Notes: generated by a model not told the origin, from the sequence alone. DNA of 64,000 bases from Deltaproteobacteria bacterium (GCA_024276465.1 JAJRXD010000013.1:47390-111389); one strand, 5' to 3'. Positions 32,741 through 43,399 are shown, counted from the first letter of the stretch. Translations and numbers: made by a program.

Positions 32741-34174
32741 CTATTCATCTTCCATCTTCCGGTATAAAGTCCTTTTAGAAACCCCTAATATTTTTGAAGC
32801 AATGTTTTTATTTCCTTTTGCCTGCTTCAATGTTTCCTCCATGACCATTTTCTCGATTTCTTTAAGAGGGACTTTCCCTACAGGAATATTAAGCACCCTT
32901 CCGGATGTTGTTATATCTTCAGAACCTTTAACTGCATTCAGAATATCCTCCGGCAGGTCTGTTGGTTTAATTACAGTTTCACGTGTCAGTACAACAGCCC
33001 GCTCTATTGTATTCTCCAGTTCCCTGACATTTCCGGGCCATCTGTATTTAGTCAGGAGATCCATGGTCTCTTTAGAAATACCTTCAATGTTTTTATCATT
33101 TTTACTGCTGTACATTCGAAGAAAAAAATCGGCAAGCAGCATAATGTCTTCCTTCCTTTCACGAAGAGGAGGGATTTCAATGTTTATTACATTTAGTCTG
33201 TAATAAAGGTCTTCCCGGAACTGTTTTGTCTCCACCAGTTTTTTCAGGGAGGCATTTGTAGCAGCAATAACCCTAACATCGGATTTAACAGTTTTACCAC
33301 CACCAAGCCTTTCAAACTCTCCGCTCTGGAGAACCCTTAAAAGCTTGACCTGAACAGCAGGGTTGATGTCCCCCACTTCATCAAGAAATAGAGTTCCTCT
33401 GTCAGCAAGTTCAAAACGGCCCTCTCTTCTGCTTACAGCACCGGTAAAAGCCCCTTTTTCATAGCCAAACAGTTCTGCCTCCAGAAGAGTCTCAGGAAGA
33501 GCAGCGCAATTTACCTTGATAAATTTATTTTCTCTCCGCTGGCTCATATTATGAATATCCACAGCCACTACTTCTTTTCCAACGCCGCTTTCTCCGGTAA
33601 TCAGTATGATAGCAGAGCTTGAGGCAACCTGACCTGCAAGGTCCATTACTTTTCTCATTGCCGGGCTCCTGCCTATAACATTTCCAGTCTTCTGGATATT
33701 TTTCAGCTTTTCATGCAAAATTTTGTTTTCAAGAACCAGAGACCGTTTTTCCAGAGCCTTTCTCACAGTTTTTAAAACAACTGCCTTGTTAAAAGGCTTT
33801 TGAATAAAGTCAAACGCCCCATCCTTCATAGCCTCCACTGCAACTTCAACTGTGCCATAGCCGGTGATCAGTATCACCTCAATATCAGGTGATATGGTTT
33901 TCGTTATACTTAAAAGTTCAGCGCCGTCAACCTTGGGCATCTTTAAATCTGTTAACACCAGGGCAATATCATTTTTTTGAAGTATTTTAACCGCTTGCTC
34001 ACCGTCACCTGCTGTAAAAACATTAAAGCCTTCTTTGTTGAGAATTTTTAAAATTGCATCCCTTATGCCGGGGGTGTCATCAACGACTAAAATTGCTTTG
34101 CCATCTGAAAAGTTCAATGTTTTCTCCTTAAACCCGGAATTTACAGTCCCGCTGAAATCGGGACTGTGAGGCAA
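32741..34174 (-). CDS. sigma-54-dependent response regulator (NtrC family)
   Basis: Receiver domain, AAA+ sigma-54 interaction domain (GESGVGKE, GAFTGA), C-terminal HTH. Confidence 0.9.
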   Translation of the reverse strand: MPHSPDFSGTVNSGFKEKTLNFSDGKAILVVDDTPGIRDAILKILNKEGFNVFTAGDGEQAVKILQKNDIALVLTDLKMPKVDGAELLSITKTISPDIEVILITGYGTVEVAVEAMKDGAFDFIQKPFNKAVVLKTVRKALEKRSLVLENKILHEKLKNIQKTGNVIGRSPAMRKVMDLAGQVASSSAIILITGESGVGKEVVAVDIHNMSQRRENKFIKVNCAALPETLLEAELFGYEKGAFTGAVSRREGRFELADRGTLFLDEVGDINPAVQVKLLRVLQSGEFERLGGGKTVKSDVRVIAATNASLKKLVETKQFREDLYYRLNVINIEIPPLRERKEDIMLLADFFLRMYSSKNDKNIEGISKETMDLLTKYRWPGNVRELENTIERAVVLTRETVIKPTDLPEDILNAVKGSEDITTSGRVLNIPVGKVPLKEIEKMVMEETLKQAKGNKNIASKILGVSKRTLYRKMEDE

Positions 34175-34209
34175 AACCTCTTGCTACGATCCCTGCTGCA
34201 AAATCCGGG

Positions 34210-36264
34210 TTAAAATAAATCCTCGTTTTCTTTATGCATGGGAATTCTTATCTTGAAACATGTTCCATTCCCATGTCCATTGCTTTCATACTCTATTTCT
34301 CCTTTATGCTCAGTGACAACATGCTGTGTTATGGACAGTCCAAGTCCTGTCCCGCCACTCTTTGTTGTAAAAAAAGGGGCAAATATTTTTTCTGTCTGCC
34401 CTTCCGGGATTCCAGTGCCAGTATCTGTAAAAACAATTTCTATCCATCCATCAGTTGCACGTGTTGTAACTTCAATGAAGCCACCTGTTTCCATTGCCTC
34501 TACAGAGTTTCTGATAATATTGAGAAAAGCCCCACGAATCAGGTCCTGATCCACGTTTGTCAATGGCAGATTTTTTTCATAATTCGTCTTAAAGACAATT
34601 TTTTTTCTTCGCAGTTCTTCTTCAATAAAACCAAAAAGGTTTTTCAGGATTGTATTGATATTCTGTATCTCCGGTTTTATTTTCGGGAACCTGGTGCACT
34701 CCAGATATTCCTTTAAAATATTATGCAGGCCATCCAGCTCTGATTTGATTGTTGAAACAAGCTCTGTTGCCTCGGTGATATCGATTCCGGAATAGCTGTT
34801 GATTTCATCCTCCAAAAGGTCAATGTTTAAAGTAAGCGTTCCAAGGGGGTTCCGAATTTCATGGGCTACCTGAGCTGACATTTTAACTATCATTGATTTA
34901 CGCTCATGCTGAATAATCTCTGAGCGAAGAGCCATCTCTTTAGTTACATCTTTCACGCATTCTGCAACCCTGACCGTGTCCCCGTTTTTATCCTTCAAGG
35001 GGAAGGTGGCAAGATGGAAATAGTACTTTTTGCCCCCTAACACTGTGCTGACCTTTTCTCTGAATGCAGGTTTGCCGGTTAAGAAAGTTTCTTTTGCTGG
35101 ACAGCCTTCGCAAACACCTTCATGCTGCTGAAAAACAATGTAACACGGTTTGGCTTTAAAAAAATGCTGGGGTTTTCCCTGCCATTCACATACGGCTTTA
35201 TTCACCATAAGCACGCGGTAATTTCTGTCAATAATAGAGATTCCATCTGCCAAACCGTCAAAAACCTCCTGGCTCCAGGTGAGTTCCTGATTGACCAGTC
35301 TCTTTCTGTTTGTCTGGACTACTATCTGAAAGGCACTGACAATAATAAGAAGAATAAATAATGCTAAAAATATGGCAGGAACAGTGAGACTCTCAATTAG
35401 CGGGGCCATTACTTCATTGTAAGGAGCAGACACTCCAATTGACAGCAGCAGGCCTTTAAAATCTATGGGTGAATATGCAATAAGCTTTTTGGTCAGTTTT
35501 TTTTCTCCCAGATGCCAGCCGGTATATTCACCTTTGCCCTCCTCACCTTTGGTCATTTCTTTGTTTATAATTGCTTCAAGGTTCAGCGAGGAATATTTTG
35601 GCCAGAGTTCTTTCAGAACATCCATGGCCTTTCTTCCCTCCATGTCTTTGTTGGGATGGGCAAACAAAACCCCGTTGCAGTCTATCATCCAGGCATATCC
35701 TGTTCTGCCGGAACGTATTGGATAGATGAAATTATTTTTGATTTCACTGGAATTCAGGATACAGAAAAGCCACTGGGTCGTCTTTTTAACAGGCACGCCC
35801 ATAACAAATGAAAGGACAGGTTTATTTTCATGTTCAATGAAAATAAGATTGGTTAAAGATGCTTTGCCGGCACGGGCACTGGAAAGAATTTTATTAAAAT
35901 TGAGTTCAATTTCAGAAAGAGCACTAAACTCCTGGGGATAGCTGTATACTGCCTGCCCGCTGTTGCTGATTAGAAAAAGACTCTGAATGATATTTTGCTG
36001 ATTGGAAAAAAGTGACTTGAGTATTCTTTCTTTTGGATAAAAAGCAAGCAGGTCAGCACAAGTCTTAAGGCTTGTCTCTATGTTGTTTGCAAGTGCTTCA
36101 ATGCTCCTGGCAGATTCCCTGACAAGAAAGAGCTGTTGTGTGTTAAATGCTTCAGCAGTGTTCTTTGCGGTAATCCTGTAGCTTTCAAAGGCAATAACCA
36201 GAACACCTGCAATAAGAATTATTGCAGGAATCCAGATTTTTAATGCAGGTGAAATCCTTTCCAT
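34210..36264 (-). CDS. sensor histidine kinase (periplasmic Cache-like sensor, PAS, HisKA, HATPase_c)
   Basis: 684 aa. Two TM segments flanking a periplasmic domain. H-box VAHEIRNPL. G-boxes GTGLGL. Confidence 0.85.
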   Translation of the reverse strand: MERISPALKIWIPAIILIAGVLVIAFESYRITAKNTAEAFNTQQLFLVRESARSIEALANNIETSLKTCADLLAFYPKERILKSLFSNQQNIIQSLFLISNSGQAVYSYPQEFSALSEIELNFNKILSSARAGKASLTNLIFIEHENKPVLSFVMGVPVKKTTQWLFCILNSSEIKNNFIYPIRSGRTGYAWMIDCNGVLFAHPNKDMEGRKAMDVLKELWPKYSSLNLEAIINKEMTKGEEGKGEYTGWHLGEKKLTKKLIAYSPIDFKGLLLSIGVSAPYNEVMAPLIESLTVPAIFLALFILLIIVSAFQIVVQTNRKRLVNQELTWSQEVFDGLADGISIIDRNYRVLMVNKAVCEWQGKPQHFFKAKPCYIVFQQHEGVCEGCPAKETFLTGKPAFREKVSTVLGGKKYYFHLATFPLKDKNGDTVRVAECVKDVTKEMALRSEIIQHERKSMIVKMSAQVAHEIRNPLGTLTLNIDLLEDEINSYSGIDITEATELVSTIKSELDGLHNILKEYLECTRFPKIKPEIQNINTILKNLFGFIEEELRRKKIVFKTNYEKNLPLTNVDQDLIRGAFLNIIRNSVEAMETGGFIEVTTRATDGWIEIVFTDTGTGIPEGQTEKIFAPFFTTKSGGTGLGLSITQHVVTEHKGEIEYESNGHGNGTCFKIRIPMHKENEDLF

Positions 36265-36727
36265 TAACCTCTCAGCCTTTTTATGACCATTTTATAAACA
36301 GTTTTGGTGAATAATAATTAACATAGTAGTACGTTCTGTAATTTTTTATTGCATACGAACCTGTCAATGACACCCTGACATACCACTTTATTTATGAAAC
36401 GCTCTACTATTGTGTTTTTGCTTCTTAAAATTTGCAGAATACCTGCACAAATTTTTTATAAAAATATAAAGCTCTATCAACTTTAATATTATATCATACT
36501 ATCTCTCATGACAAACGCAAAAAACAAAAAAGAGATAATCTGTTAATAATTCACGAAAAGCAATATTTACCCATGCGCAGTATCCTGAAATTGATTTTTG
36601 AAAACCTGCAAAGCAGCGCACATCAGTGATATTCTGTACCATACAGGCAATAGTCAATCTGGATTATTAACACAAAATTAATTTCACCTTTATTAACTAT
36701 TAATACGATGCAGGTAGATTTATTTGT

Positions 36728-36888
36728 AAGTAGTGGGTGAACGAAAACCCTGATTAAGGTTGGAAACCGAAAAATAATTTTCTGTAGGAGCGCCTTCAGG
36801 CGCGATATCAGTTCTGTTTTTCGCGCCTGAAGGCGCTCCTACAGCATAAAATCAGGACTTTTCGGGCAGCCACTAAGTAGTGGGTGAA
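36728..36888. repeat. 161-bp palindromic element: 23-bp perfect inverted repeat flanked by 15-bp direct repeats
   Basis: IR ctgtaggagcgccttcaggcgcg (36782-36804) pairs with cgcgcctgaaggcgctcctacag (36822-36844). DR taagtagtgggtgaa at 36728-36742 and 36874-36888. Confidence 0.6.
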
Positions 36889-36987
36889 TAAAAATCCTTA
36901 CACAGAGTGAGGAATCAAGCATGTATCTTTTTTCAGGTTTTATCCTGATTTTTGTTGAGACTGTACAAAAGGAGTATCTGCGAACAT

Positions 36988-37332
36988 ATGAAGTATCAAA
37001 TAGTTGAGGATGATAGCTTTCTCCTCATAAAAATATCCGGCAAAACTGTTAAAAATGAAACTGTAATGGCAAAAAAAATGCTTTTTCCCCACCTCAAGAA
37101 AAAAGGTATTAAGGTTATTATAGACATGCGAAATTTAGAATCTTTTGAGCTGATAACCATCCTTGGGATTTTTAATGCTCTCAGGAAGGAAATTATGCTT
37201 GCAGGGGGTAGTATGAAGCTGTGTTGCTTAAAACCAAATATAATTAAGTTTTTAAAACAAAACAGGCTGGACCAGATGTTTCTTATATATAAGGACATGG
37301 AAACAGCAATAAAAAGTGCAGGGAGCAAGTAA
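36988..37332 (+). CDS. STAS domain protein (anti-sigma factor antagonist-like)
   Basis: SpoIIAA-like architecture. Probable start MKYQIVEDD (ORF-track start is 36952). Confidence 0.55.
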   Translation: MKYQIVEDDSFLLIKISGKTVKNETVMAKKMLFPHLKKKGIKVIIDMRNLESFELITILGIFNALRKEIMLAGGSMKLCCLKPNIIKFLKQNRLDQMFLIYKDMETAIKSAGSK

Positions 37333-38060
37333 TGGCAGACAACAAACAGGTTATCGAATTATACCCGAATATTTTCTGGCTGAAAGGGGAAGAAACTGGC
37401 AGTCACAGCTATCTTATCAAGGGTAAGTACAAAAATGTACTGATTGACTCTGGGCTGGACAGAAATTATGTCAGACTTCAACACAATATGTTCGAGGATT
37501 TAGGCTTGAAGGTTCGGGATATTGACATAATAATAAATACCCATGAGCACTTTGATCATATTGGGGCAAATCGCTATTTTCAGGAATTTGGACTGATTGC
37601 TGCCCATCGCCTTGCAGCCAACAAGATTGTTGAGGAAGACAGGTATGTTACAATGTACACATCAGGGGATCTGAACAGGCCTTCTCTTAAGGTTCATCTC
37701 TGGCTCGAAGACAGATTTCGTTTTGATCTTGGAAACTACCGCCTTGAGGTTATACATACACCGGGCCATACTTCCGGATCGATCTGTATTTATGAGATTA
37801 CACAAAAAATTCTTTTTACCGGCGATACTCTGTTTGCCGGCGGGACTCTTTCCTATATTGCAGAGTCCGGGAGCTTTGGCGATTATATCAATTCAATCAA
37901 TCTGCTGGAAACGAGAAAGATCAAAGCCCTCTATCCAGGACATGGAATGGTTTCAAAAACCCCCGAAGAAGATATGAAAAAGGCAATCCTGAATGCAAAA
38001 GCTCTTTTAAGGGACGAAAACGAAGATGTGGAAATTACATGTTTTCGGGAGGTTTCGTAA
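37332..38060 (+). CDS. MBL-fold metallo-hydrolase
   Basis: HEHFDHIGAN metal-binding motif. 242 aa. Confidence 0.8.
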   Translation: MADNKQVIELYPNIFWLKGEETGSHSYLIKGKYKNVLIDSGLDRNYVRLQHNMFEDLGLKVRDIDIIINTHEHFDHIGANRYFQEFGLIAAHRLAANKIVEEDRYVTMYTSGDLNRPSLKVHLWLEDRFRFDLGNYRLEVIHTPGHTSGSICIYEITQKILFTGDTLFAGGTLSYIAESGSFGDYINSINLLETRKIKALYPGHGMVSKTPEEDMKKAILNAKALLRDENEDVEITCFREVS

Positions 38061-38190
38061 AAACTCCTGAGACATTTAAGCTTGCTTAATTAAAAGAAAT
38101 TTTATAGTTTTTGTATGATTGATGGTCTTGCTAATAAGTTTCATTCAGCTCTGAAAATTCATAAACTCCGGTTATTAACTCTGGTGTAAT

Positions 38191-40104
38191 ATGCATATAA
38201 AAATCAAGAATCCTGCAGTAGAAAAAGTATTGTTTGCATGTTCCATTCTATTCATGCTGTTTTTCTTTGATGCCGGTGTGCTTGCCAATGACTACTGCCT
38301 TGACCCTGAAAAACCGGTTGAATGTACTGATGATTCAGTTACAGGCTTTGACCTCTGGTGGTGCTGTCCTGATGGCTATACATGCGGAACCATGACCGAA
38401 CCCTGCAATGAATCCCAGTCCAGCACTACTACAGTGCCAGGGGAAACAGGCACGACTACAACAGCCGTCGACACGGAATTTTTGTGGAAACAGGTAATAA
38501 ACGGTTCTGCTTCAAAGAGTGATGATGAAGCCAGTAGTATTGCAATAGATGAAAACGACAATATTTTGATTGCAGGATTTAGTGAGCCTGCGGGTTCAGG
38601 CAGGGATTTTACAGTTATAAAGCTTAATGGTTATACGGGTGATGTTATATGGCAGGACCTGATACAGGGAAGTTCTGCTCAGGGGGATAATGAGGCTAAA
38701 GCTGTTGTGACTGATTCTGGAGGCAGTGTTTTTGCAGCAGGATTTCTCAGCGAGTCTGGAAGCGGTCAGGCTTTTACAGTATTGAAACTTAATGGTGATG
38801 ATGGGAGTGAAATCTGGAAACAGTTGCTAAACGGCAACCCTGAGGAGGCAAATGATAAAGCTCTGGCTCTTACACTTGACAGTGAGGATAATGTTGTTTC
38901 TGGTGGATATCTGGCAAACGGAAGCACTGGTTCATACTATACCGTAGTCAAACTGAAAGGCAGCACGGGAAAAATTCTGTGGGAAGAAACCTTTGACAGC
39001 CCTTCGGAAAATAACAACGCTGTTTTTGATGTCATTGTTGACAAAGACAATCATGTTATTTCAGCCGGTCAGATGGGTAATGGTTATGGTGGTTCATGGA
39101 TCACGGTTATGAAACTGAACGGCTCTACCGGCAGAACCATATGGCAGAAGGATATCTGGGGCGGGGATCTTCGAAAGAGTTGGGCTGCTGATATTGTTCT
39201 TGACCATGAGGAAAATATTATAGTGGCTGGAACTCTTGCCTATTCTGGTGGTATTAACAGCTTTGCGGTTATCAAGTTAAGGGGTAAAGATGGTGAACAG
39301 ATATGGGCAAAGGATTTTTTCGGCAGCGATCTGAGCGGATATAACTGTGCTGAAGGAGTTGTTGTTGATGATCAAAATAATATTTTTGCAGCAGGTGTTA
39401 CAAAAGACCTGGGGGGGTATAGATTTGCCCTGATGAAGCTTAATGGAAACGATGGCAGTAAGATCTGGCCTTCCGGGCTTTCAAACTCACCCCTTCCATA
39501 TGTTACTGCCTCAGCCACAGGACTGGTGTTGAATGAAAAAAAAGACCTGTTTGCTGTCGGCCAGATACCATGTTCTGAAACCATGAACTATGCTTTTGCA
39601 GTCTGTGTGTTTGATCCGGGTACAGGTGAACTGTTACGCGAGGAAACAATTCCAGGAACAGCAGCCCTTGTTGATTTTTCAACGGGTACTGCAGCAGCTG
39701 TGGACAGTTCCGGAAATCCTGTTGCAGCAGGGGTTGTTACATCTGAAGATACGGGAAATGATATTGTTGCTGTAAAAATAGGATTGTATGATGATACAGG
39801 AATTTTTCCAGGCACAACGACTACTACTGTGGAAGAAGATAATCCTGAAGAACCGAACGAGGGTCAGTGTTTTATTGAAACGGTTTATAAAGGGAGCCTT
39901 TCAGAAGAGATAATGCTTCTGCGTTATTTTCGTGACAGTGTTCTTCTGAAATCTCCGGCTGGAAGACAGCTTGTGAAGTTATACTATTTTTTAAGTCCTG
40001 CATTGAGTCGGTTTGCGGAACAGAATAAACGGTTTGAACATGATGCAAAAGACATTCTTGATAGTATAGTGTGTTTTGTCAGGCTTTCACAAGATGTCAG
40101 ATAA
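38191..40104 (+). CDS. secreted beta-propeller repeat (SBBP-like) protein with Cys-rich N-terminus
   Basis: Signal peptide and a Cys-rich N-terminal module. About 8 tandem repeats of roughly 45 aa of the pattern D..A.A...D...N....G.....G.G.DF.V.KLNG.TG..IW. Confidence 0.65.
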   Translation: MHIKIKNPAVEKVLFACSILFMLFFFDAGVLANDYCLDPEKPVECTDDSVTGFDLWWCCPDGYTCGTMTEPCNESQSSTTTVPGETGTTTTAVDTEFLWKQVINGSASKSDDEASSIAIDENDNILIAGFSEPAGSGRDFTVIKLNGYTGDVIWQDLIQGSSAQGDNEAKAVVTDSGGSVFAAGFLSESGSGQAFTVLKLNGDDGSEIWKQLLNGNPEEANDKALALTLDSEDNVVSGGYLANGSTGSYYTVVKLKGSTGKILWEETFDSPSENNNAVFDVIVDKDNHVISAGQMGNGYGGSWITVMKLNGSTGRTIWQKDIWGGDLRKSWAADIVLDHEENIIVAGTLAYSGGINSFAVIKLRGKDGEQIWAKDFFGSDLSGYNCAEGVVVDDQNNIFAAGVTKDLGGYRFALMKLNGNDGSKIWPSGLSNSPLPYVTASATGLVLNEKKDLFAVGQIPCSETMNYAFAVCVFDPGTGELLREETIPGTAALVDFSTGTAAAVDSSGNPVAAGVVTSEDTGNDIVAVKIGLYDDTGIFPGTTTTTVEEDNPEEPNEGQCFIETVYKGSLSEEIMLLRYFRDSVLLKSPAGRQLVKLYYFLSPALSRFAEQNKRFEHDAKDILDSIVCFVRLSQDVR

Positions 40105-40200
40105 AAAGTATCGGCTGTTAAAATTGCAATTAATTTCATACGTAAGCATATTATCTGATTATTGTACCATTTAATCTTGAAAATAAACAGGCAGTAGTTA

Positions 40201-40881
40201 ATGAATAAACTGATAGCAATAGTGGAAGATGAACCGGATATTGTAGAGCTTATTAAAATCCATCTTACAAAGGCTGGTTTTAATGTTAAAGGCTTTCCTG
40301 ACGGGCAAAGCTTTTTTAAGTTCTTAGGGAAAAATGACCCTGCCCTTGTAATTCTTGATCTCATGCTGCCTGATACAGACGGACTGGAAATATGCAAATT
40401 CATGAGAAACAAAGAGGAGTTTTCATCCACCCCCATTATAATGCTTACTGCTAAAAGTGAGGAGGTGGATAAAATATTAGGTCTTGAACTGGGCGCGGAT
40501 GATTATGTGACTAAACCCTTTTCCCCAAGGGAACTTGTTGCACGGGTTAAGGCTGTGCTGCGCAGAAAAAATGGAAAAAAAGAATCAGAGAAAATTCTGG
40601 TGGGAGATCTCCTGGTGATAGATTCAGGAAGATACGAGGTGAGCGTAAGGGAGAAAAAGGTGGAACTTACATCAACGGAATTTAAAATTTTAGAACTTCT
40701 CTGTTCAAGAAAAGGCTGGGTGTTTACAAGGGATAAAATTTTAAATTATCTGTGGGGGGAGGAAAAGGCTGTTATAGACAGAACTGTTGATGTCCACATA
40801 AAACATTTACGTGAAAAGCTTGGGGAAGCAGCCCGGTTGATTAAAAATATAAGGGGCGTAGGATATAAAATAGAGGAATGA
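40201..40881 (+). CDS. phoB: OmpR/PhoB-family response regulator
   Basis: 226 aa. Receiver domain plus winged-helix. Adjacent to a PhoR-like kinase and, across the island, to pstSCAB-phoU. Confidence 0.8.
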   Translation: MNKLIAIVEDEPDIVELIKIHLTKAGFNVKGFPDGQSFFKFLGKNDPALVILDLMLPDTDGLEICKFMRNKEEFSSTPIIMLTAKSEEVDKILGLELGADDYVTKPFSPRELVARVKAVLRRKNGKKESEKILVGDLLVIDSGRYEVSVREKKVELTSTEFKILELLCSRKGWVFTRDKILNYLWGEEKAVIDRTVDVHIKHLREKLGEAARLIKNIRGVGYKIEE

Positions 40882-42611
40882 AGCGATCACTGTTTATTAA
40901 AATATTTGCGGGCTATTTTACAATAATCTGTATGCTGTCAGTCAGTATTTCATTTTTTTCGTTTCGGATAATAAAACATTATCATATCAAATCCTTAACA
41001 GGTGAAATGCTGAAACAGGGCAAGACACTTTTGTTGAAAATAACCCCACTGCTGGAACACAACAGCATGAAGGAACTGGACAATCTGGTAAAACTCCTCG
41101 GCAGTGATATTAACACCCGCATTACTGTTATAGATGTGAATGGTGTGGTGTTGGCTGATTCGAAAAAAAACCCTGCGGAGATGGAAAACCATAAGACACG
41201 TCCGGAAGTAATTCAGGCCATTTACGGCAGCATGGGTTCTTCAATGCGCTTCAGCACAACTGTCAGGCAGCAGATGCTGTATGTGGCAATTCCTGTTAAA
41301 AAGGCAGACAGAGTCTCCTGGGTGCTGCGTATAAGCCTGTTTCTGAACGACATTAACGCTCTGTTAGGAGATTTGAAAAACAGCATTATCTCTATTGCTG
41401 CTGCAGCAACTTTTATTTGTCTGGTTATTTCATTTATTGTTGCAAGGAAAATGACCGCTCCCATACATATATTAAGCAAAGCTTCAAAAAGAATTGCATC
41501 AGGTGATTTCAATACAAGAGTTTTTTTAAAAAACAACGATGAGCTGAATGAATTTGCAGACAGCTTTAATTATATGACAGAAAAAATACGAAGTCTTTTT
41601 GAAGAAGTATCCTTTCAAAAGGAAGAATTTAATTATATAATTTCTTCCATGCACGAAGGCCTTATGGTTCTTGACCGGGATGGAACAATTGCCCTGACCA
41701 ACGAAAGCCTGAAAAAAATCACACAGACAGGAGACATTAGGGGGAAATTTTACTGGGAGGTCTTACGGGAACCGCAGTTTGGAGACCTTATAAAAAAGGT
41801 TACGGACGGGAGGCAGGACACTATAGAAGAACTGACCATGAATGGCAGAACTTTTTTGTGCAGCACCTCATTTATTGAACCAAAGGAAAAAATCATAATA
41901 ATTTTCCTTGATATATCAGAGATCAGAAATATGGAGCGTATAAAGAAGGATCTGGTTTTAAATGTTTCCCATGAGCTGCGCACTCCCCTTACTGCAATTA
42001 AGGGGTTTTTGGAAACCATGGAGGAGGAAGAGGTAGTCAACACAAGCCATCGCCGTTATCTGGAGATAATTAAACGGCATACAGACAGGCTTATCAATAT
42101 AGTTAAAGATTTGATGGATCTGTCAAAACTGGAAAAAGAGGCTGCACTTGATCTGGAAGAAGCAGACCTCAAAGAACTTGTAAAGCGGACAGGGAAAATT
42201 TGCGAGCAGGCACTGCAGCAAAAGAATCTCAGCCTGAAACTTGAGATGGAAGATGAACCTGTTTTTATCAGGGCTGATGCTTTTAAACTTGAACAGGCGT
42301 TTATAAACCTTTTGGACAATGCAATCAAATATACGGAGAAAGGCGGGATACTGATATCATTGAAACGTGAGGATGACAGTGTTCAAATATGCGTTAAGGA
42401 TACTGGTATTGGAATTGGAAAAGAAGATCTGTCAAGAATTTTTGAAAGGTTTTATGTTGCAGACAAGTCCCGGTCCAGGAGTCTGGGTGGCACAGGCCTT
42501 GGTCTTTCCATTGTCAAACATATTGTGCTCCTGCACAACGGAACAATTGATGTTCAAAGCACACCTGGTGCTGGAACCAGATTTATTATCAACCTTCCTT
42601 TAAATGCCTAA
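40878..42611 (+). CDS. phoR: PhoR-like sensor histidine kinase (TM, HAMP, PAS, HisKA, HATPase_c)
   Basis: 577 aa. H-box SHELRTPLT. G-box GGTGLGLSIV. Confidence 0.8.
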   Translation: MKRSLFIKIFAGYFTIICMLSVSISFFSFRIIKHYHIKSLTGEMLKQGKTLLLKITPLLEHNSMKELDNLVKLLGSDINTRITVIDVNGVVLADSKKNPAEMENHKTRPEVIQAIYGSMGSSMRFSTTVRQQMLYVAIPVKKADRVSWVLRISLFLNDINALLGDLKNSIISIAAAATFICLVISFIVARKMTAPIHILSKASKRIASGDFNTRVFLKNNDELNEFADSFNYMTEKIRSLFEEVSFQKEEFNYIISSMHEGLMVLDRDGTIALTNESLKKITQTGDIRGKFYWEVLREPQFGDLIKKVTDGRQDTIEELTMNGRTFLCSTSFIEPKEKIIIIFLDISEIRNMERIKKDLVLNVSHELRTPLTAIKGFLETMEEEEVVNTSHRRYLEIIKRHTDRLINIVKDLMDLSKLEKEAALDLEEADLKELVKRTGKICEQALQQKNLSLKLEMEDEPVFIRADAFKLEQAFINLLDNAIKYTEKGGILISLKREDDSVQICVKDTGIGIGKEDLSRIFERFYVADKSRSRSLGGTGLGLSIVKHIVLLHNGTIDVQSTPGAGTRFIINLPLNA

Positions 42612-42619
42612 TCAAGAAG

Positions 42620-42650
42620 ACAAAAAAGGAAATTCTTTTTTGCTTCTCAG
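42620..42650. terminator. imperfect hairpin between convergent phoR and the DUF45 gene
   Basis: gaagacaaaaaaggaaattcttttttgcttc is an inverted repeat. Confidence 0.35.
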
Positions 42651-43399
42651 ATTATGACTTTTTCCAGGCGTTGCTTACGCTTTTCCCAGTCCGGCAGAAT
42701 TCGTCCGAGAAGCTGGTAAAATTTCCTGTCATGTTGCGGACAGATCAGATGACACAGTTCATGTATAATCACATAATCAATACAGTGGATAGGTGCCTTG
42801 ACAAGTTCTGTGTTCAACATGATGTTGCCATTGCCAGAACAGCTGCCCCATCGTTTTTTTATACGGCGATAGCGCACTTGCGGTTCTGTTACGCCCATCC
42901 TCACAAAGGCTTGCAGGTAATAAGCAAGTCTTCTTGTAAGCAAATCCCTGGCATGTTCCGAATACCAATCAAGCATAAGTGCTTTGGCTTTTTCCCTTTT
43001 GTTTGGATCTGGTAACTGCATTTCAAAAAAACGACCGAGCAATCGTACTCGTGGTGTATCGCCACGTCGTGTTCTCAAACGATACTGCCGCCCCAAATAA
43101 TAATGAGTTTCACCGGAGACAAATTTTCGTTCCATAGGAAAGGACTGAAACTGCTCAAAAAAATCAAGTTGCCGGGCTATCCATGATGCCCGCTTTACAA
43201 GTCGCTGCTGAACAACTTCCAGCTCATATCCTGCAGGTGTTTTTGCCACGATTTTAAGGTCTGGGTACACTGTAATGGAAAGACGTTTGCGCTCGCTCCA
43301 CATAACATCCACAGCGAACTGTCGTCGTCCAAAACTTATTTTTATTTTTTCGCTTTTCACGCCAGTCACGGTTTCCTGATCCTGGCAATATCCAGACAC
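42647..43399 (-). CDS. DUF45/YgjP-like (WLM/M48-like) zinc metallohydrolase
   Basis: 250 aa. HELCHL HExxH motif. The family commonly trails hsdR in Type I RM loci. Confidence 0.75.
   Translation of the reverse strand: MSGYCQDQETVTGVKSEKIKISFGRRQFAVDVMWSERKRLSITVYPDLKIVAKTPAGYELEVVQQRLVKRASWIARQLDFFEQFQSFPMERKFVSGETHYYLGRQYRLRTRRGDTPRVRLLGRFFEMQLPDPNKREKAKALMLDWYSEHARDLLTRRLAYYLQAFVRMGVTEPQVRYRRIKKRWGSCSGNGNIMLNTELVKAPIHCIDYVIIHELCHLICPQHDRKFYQLLGRILPDWEKRKQRLEKVII

Noticed and set aside
36727-36742. GTAG within the direct repeat gtaagtagtgggtgaa, considered as a REP head
   Set aside because: The downstream sequence lacks the GGGGC...GCCC palindrome of the island REP family. It was judged coincidental.
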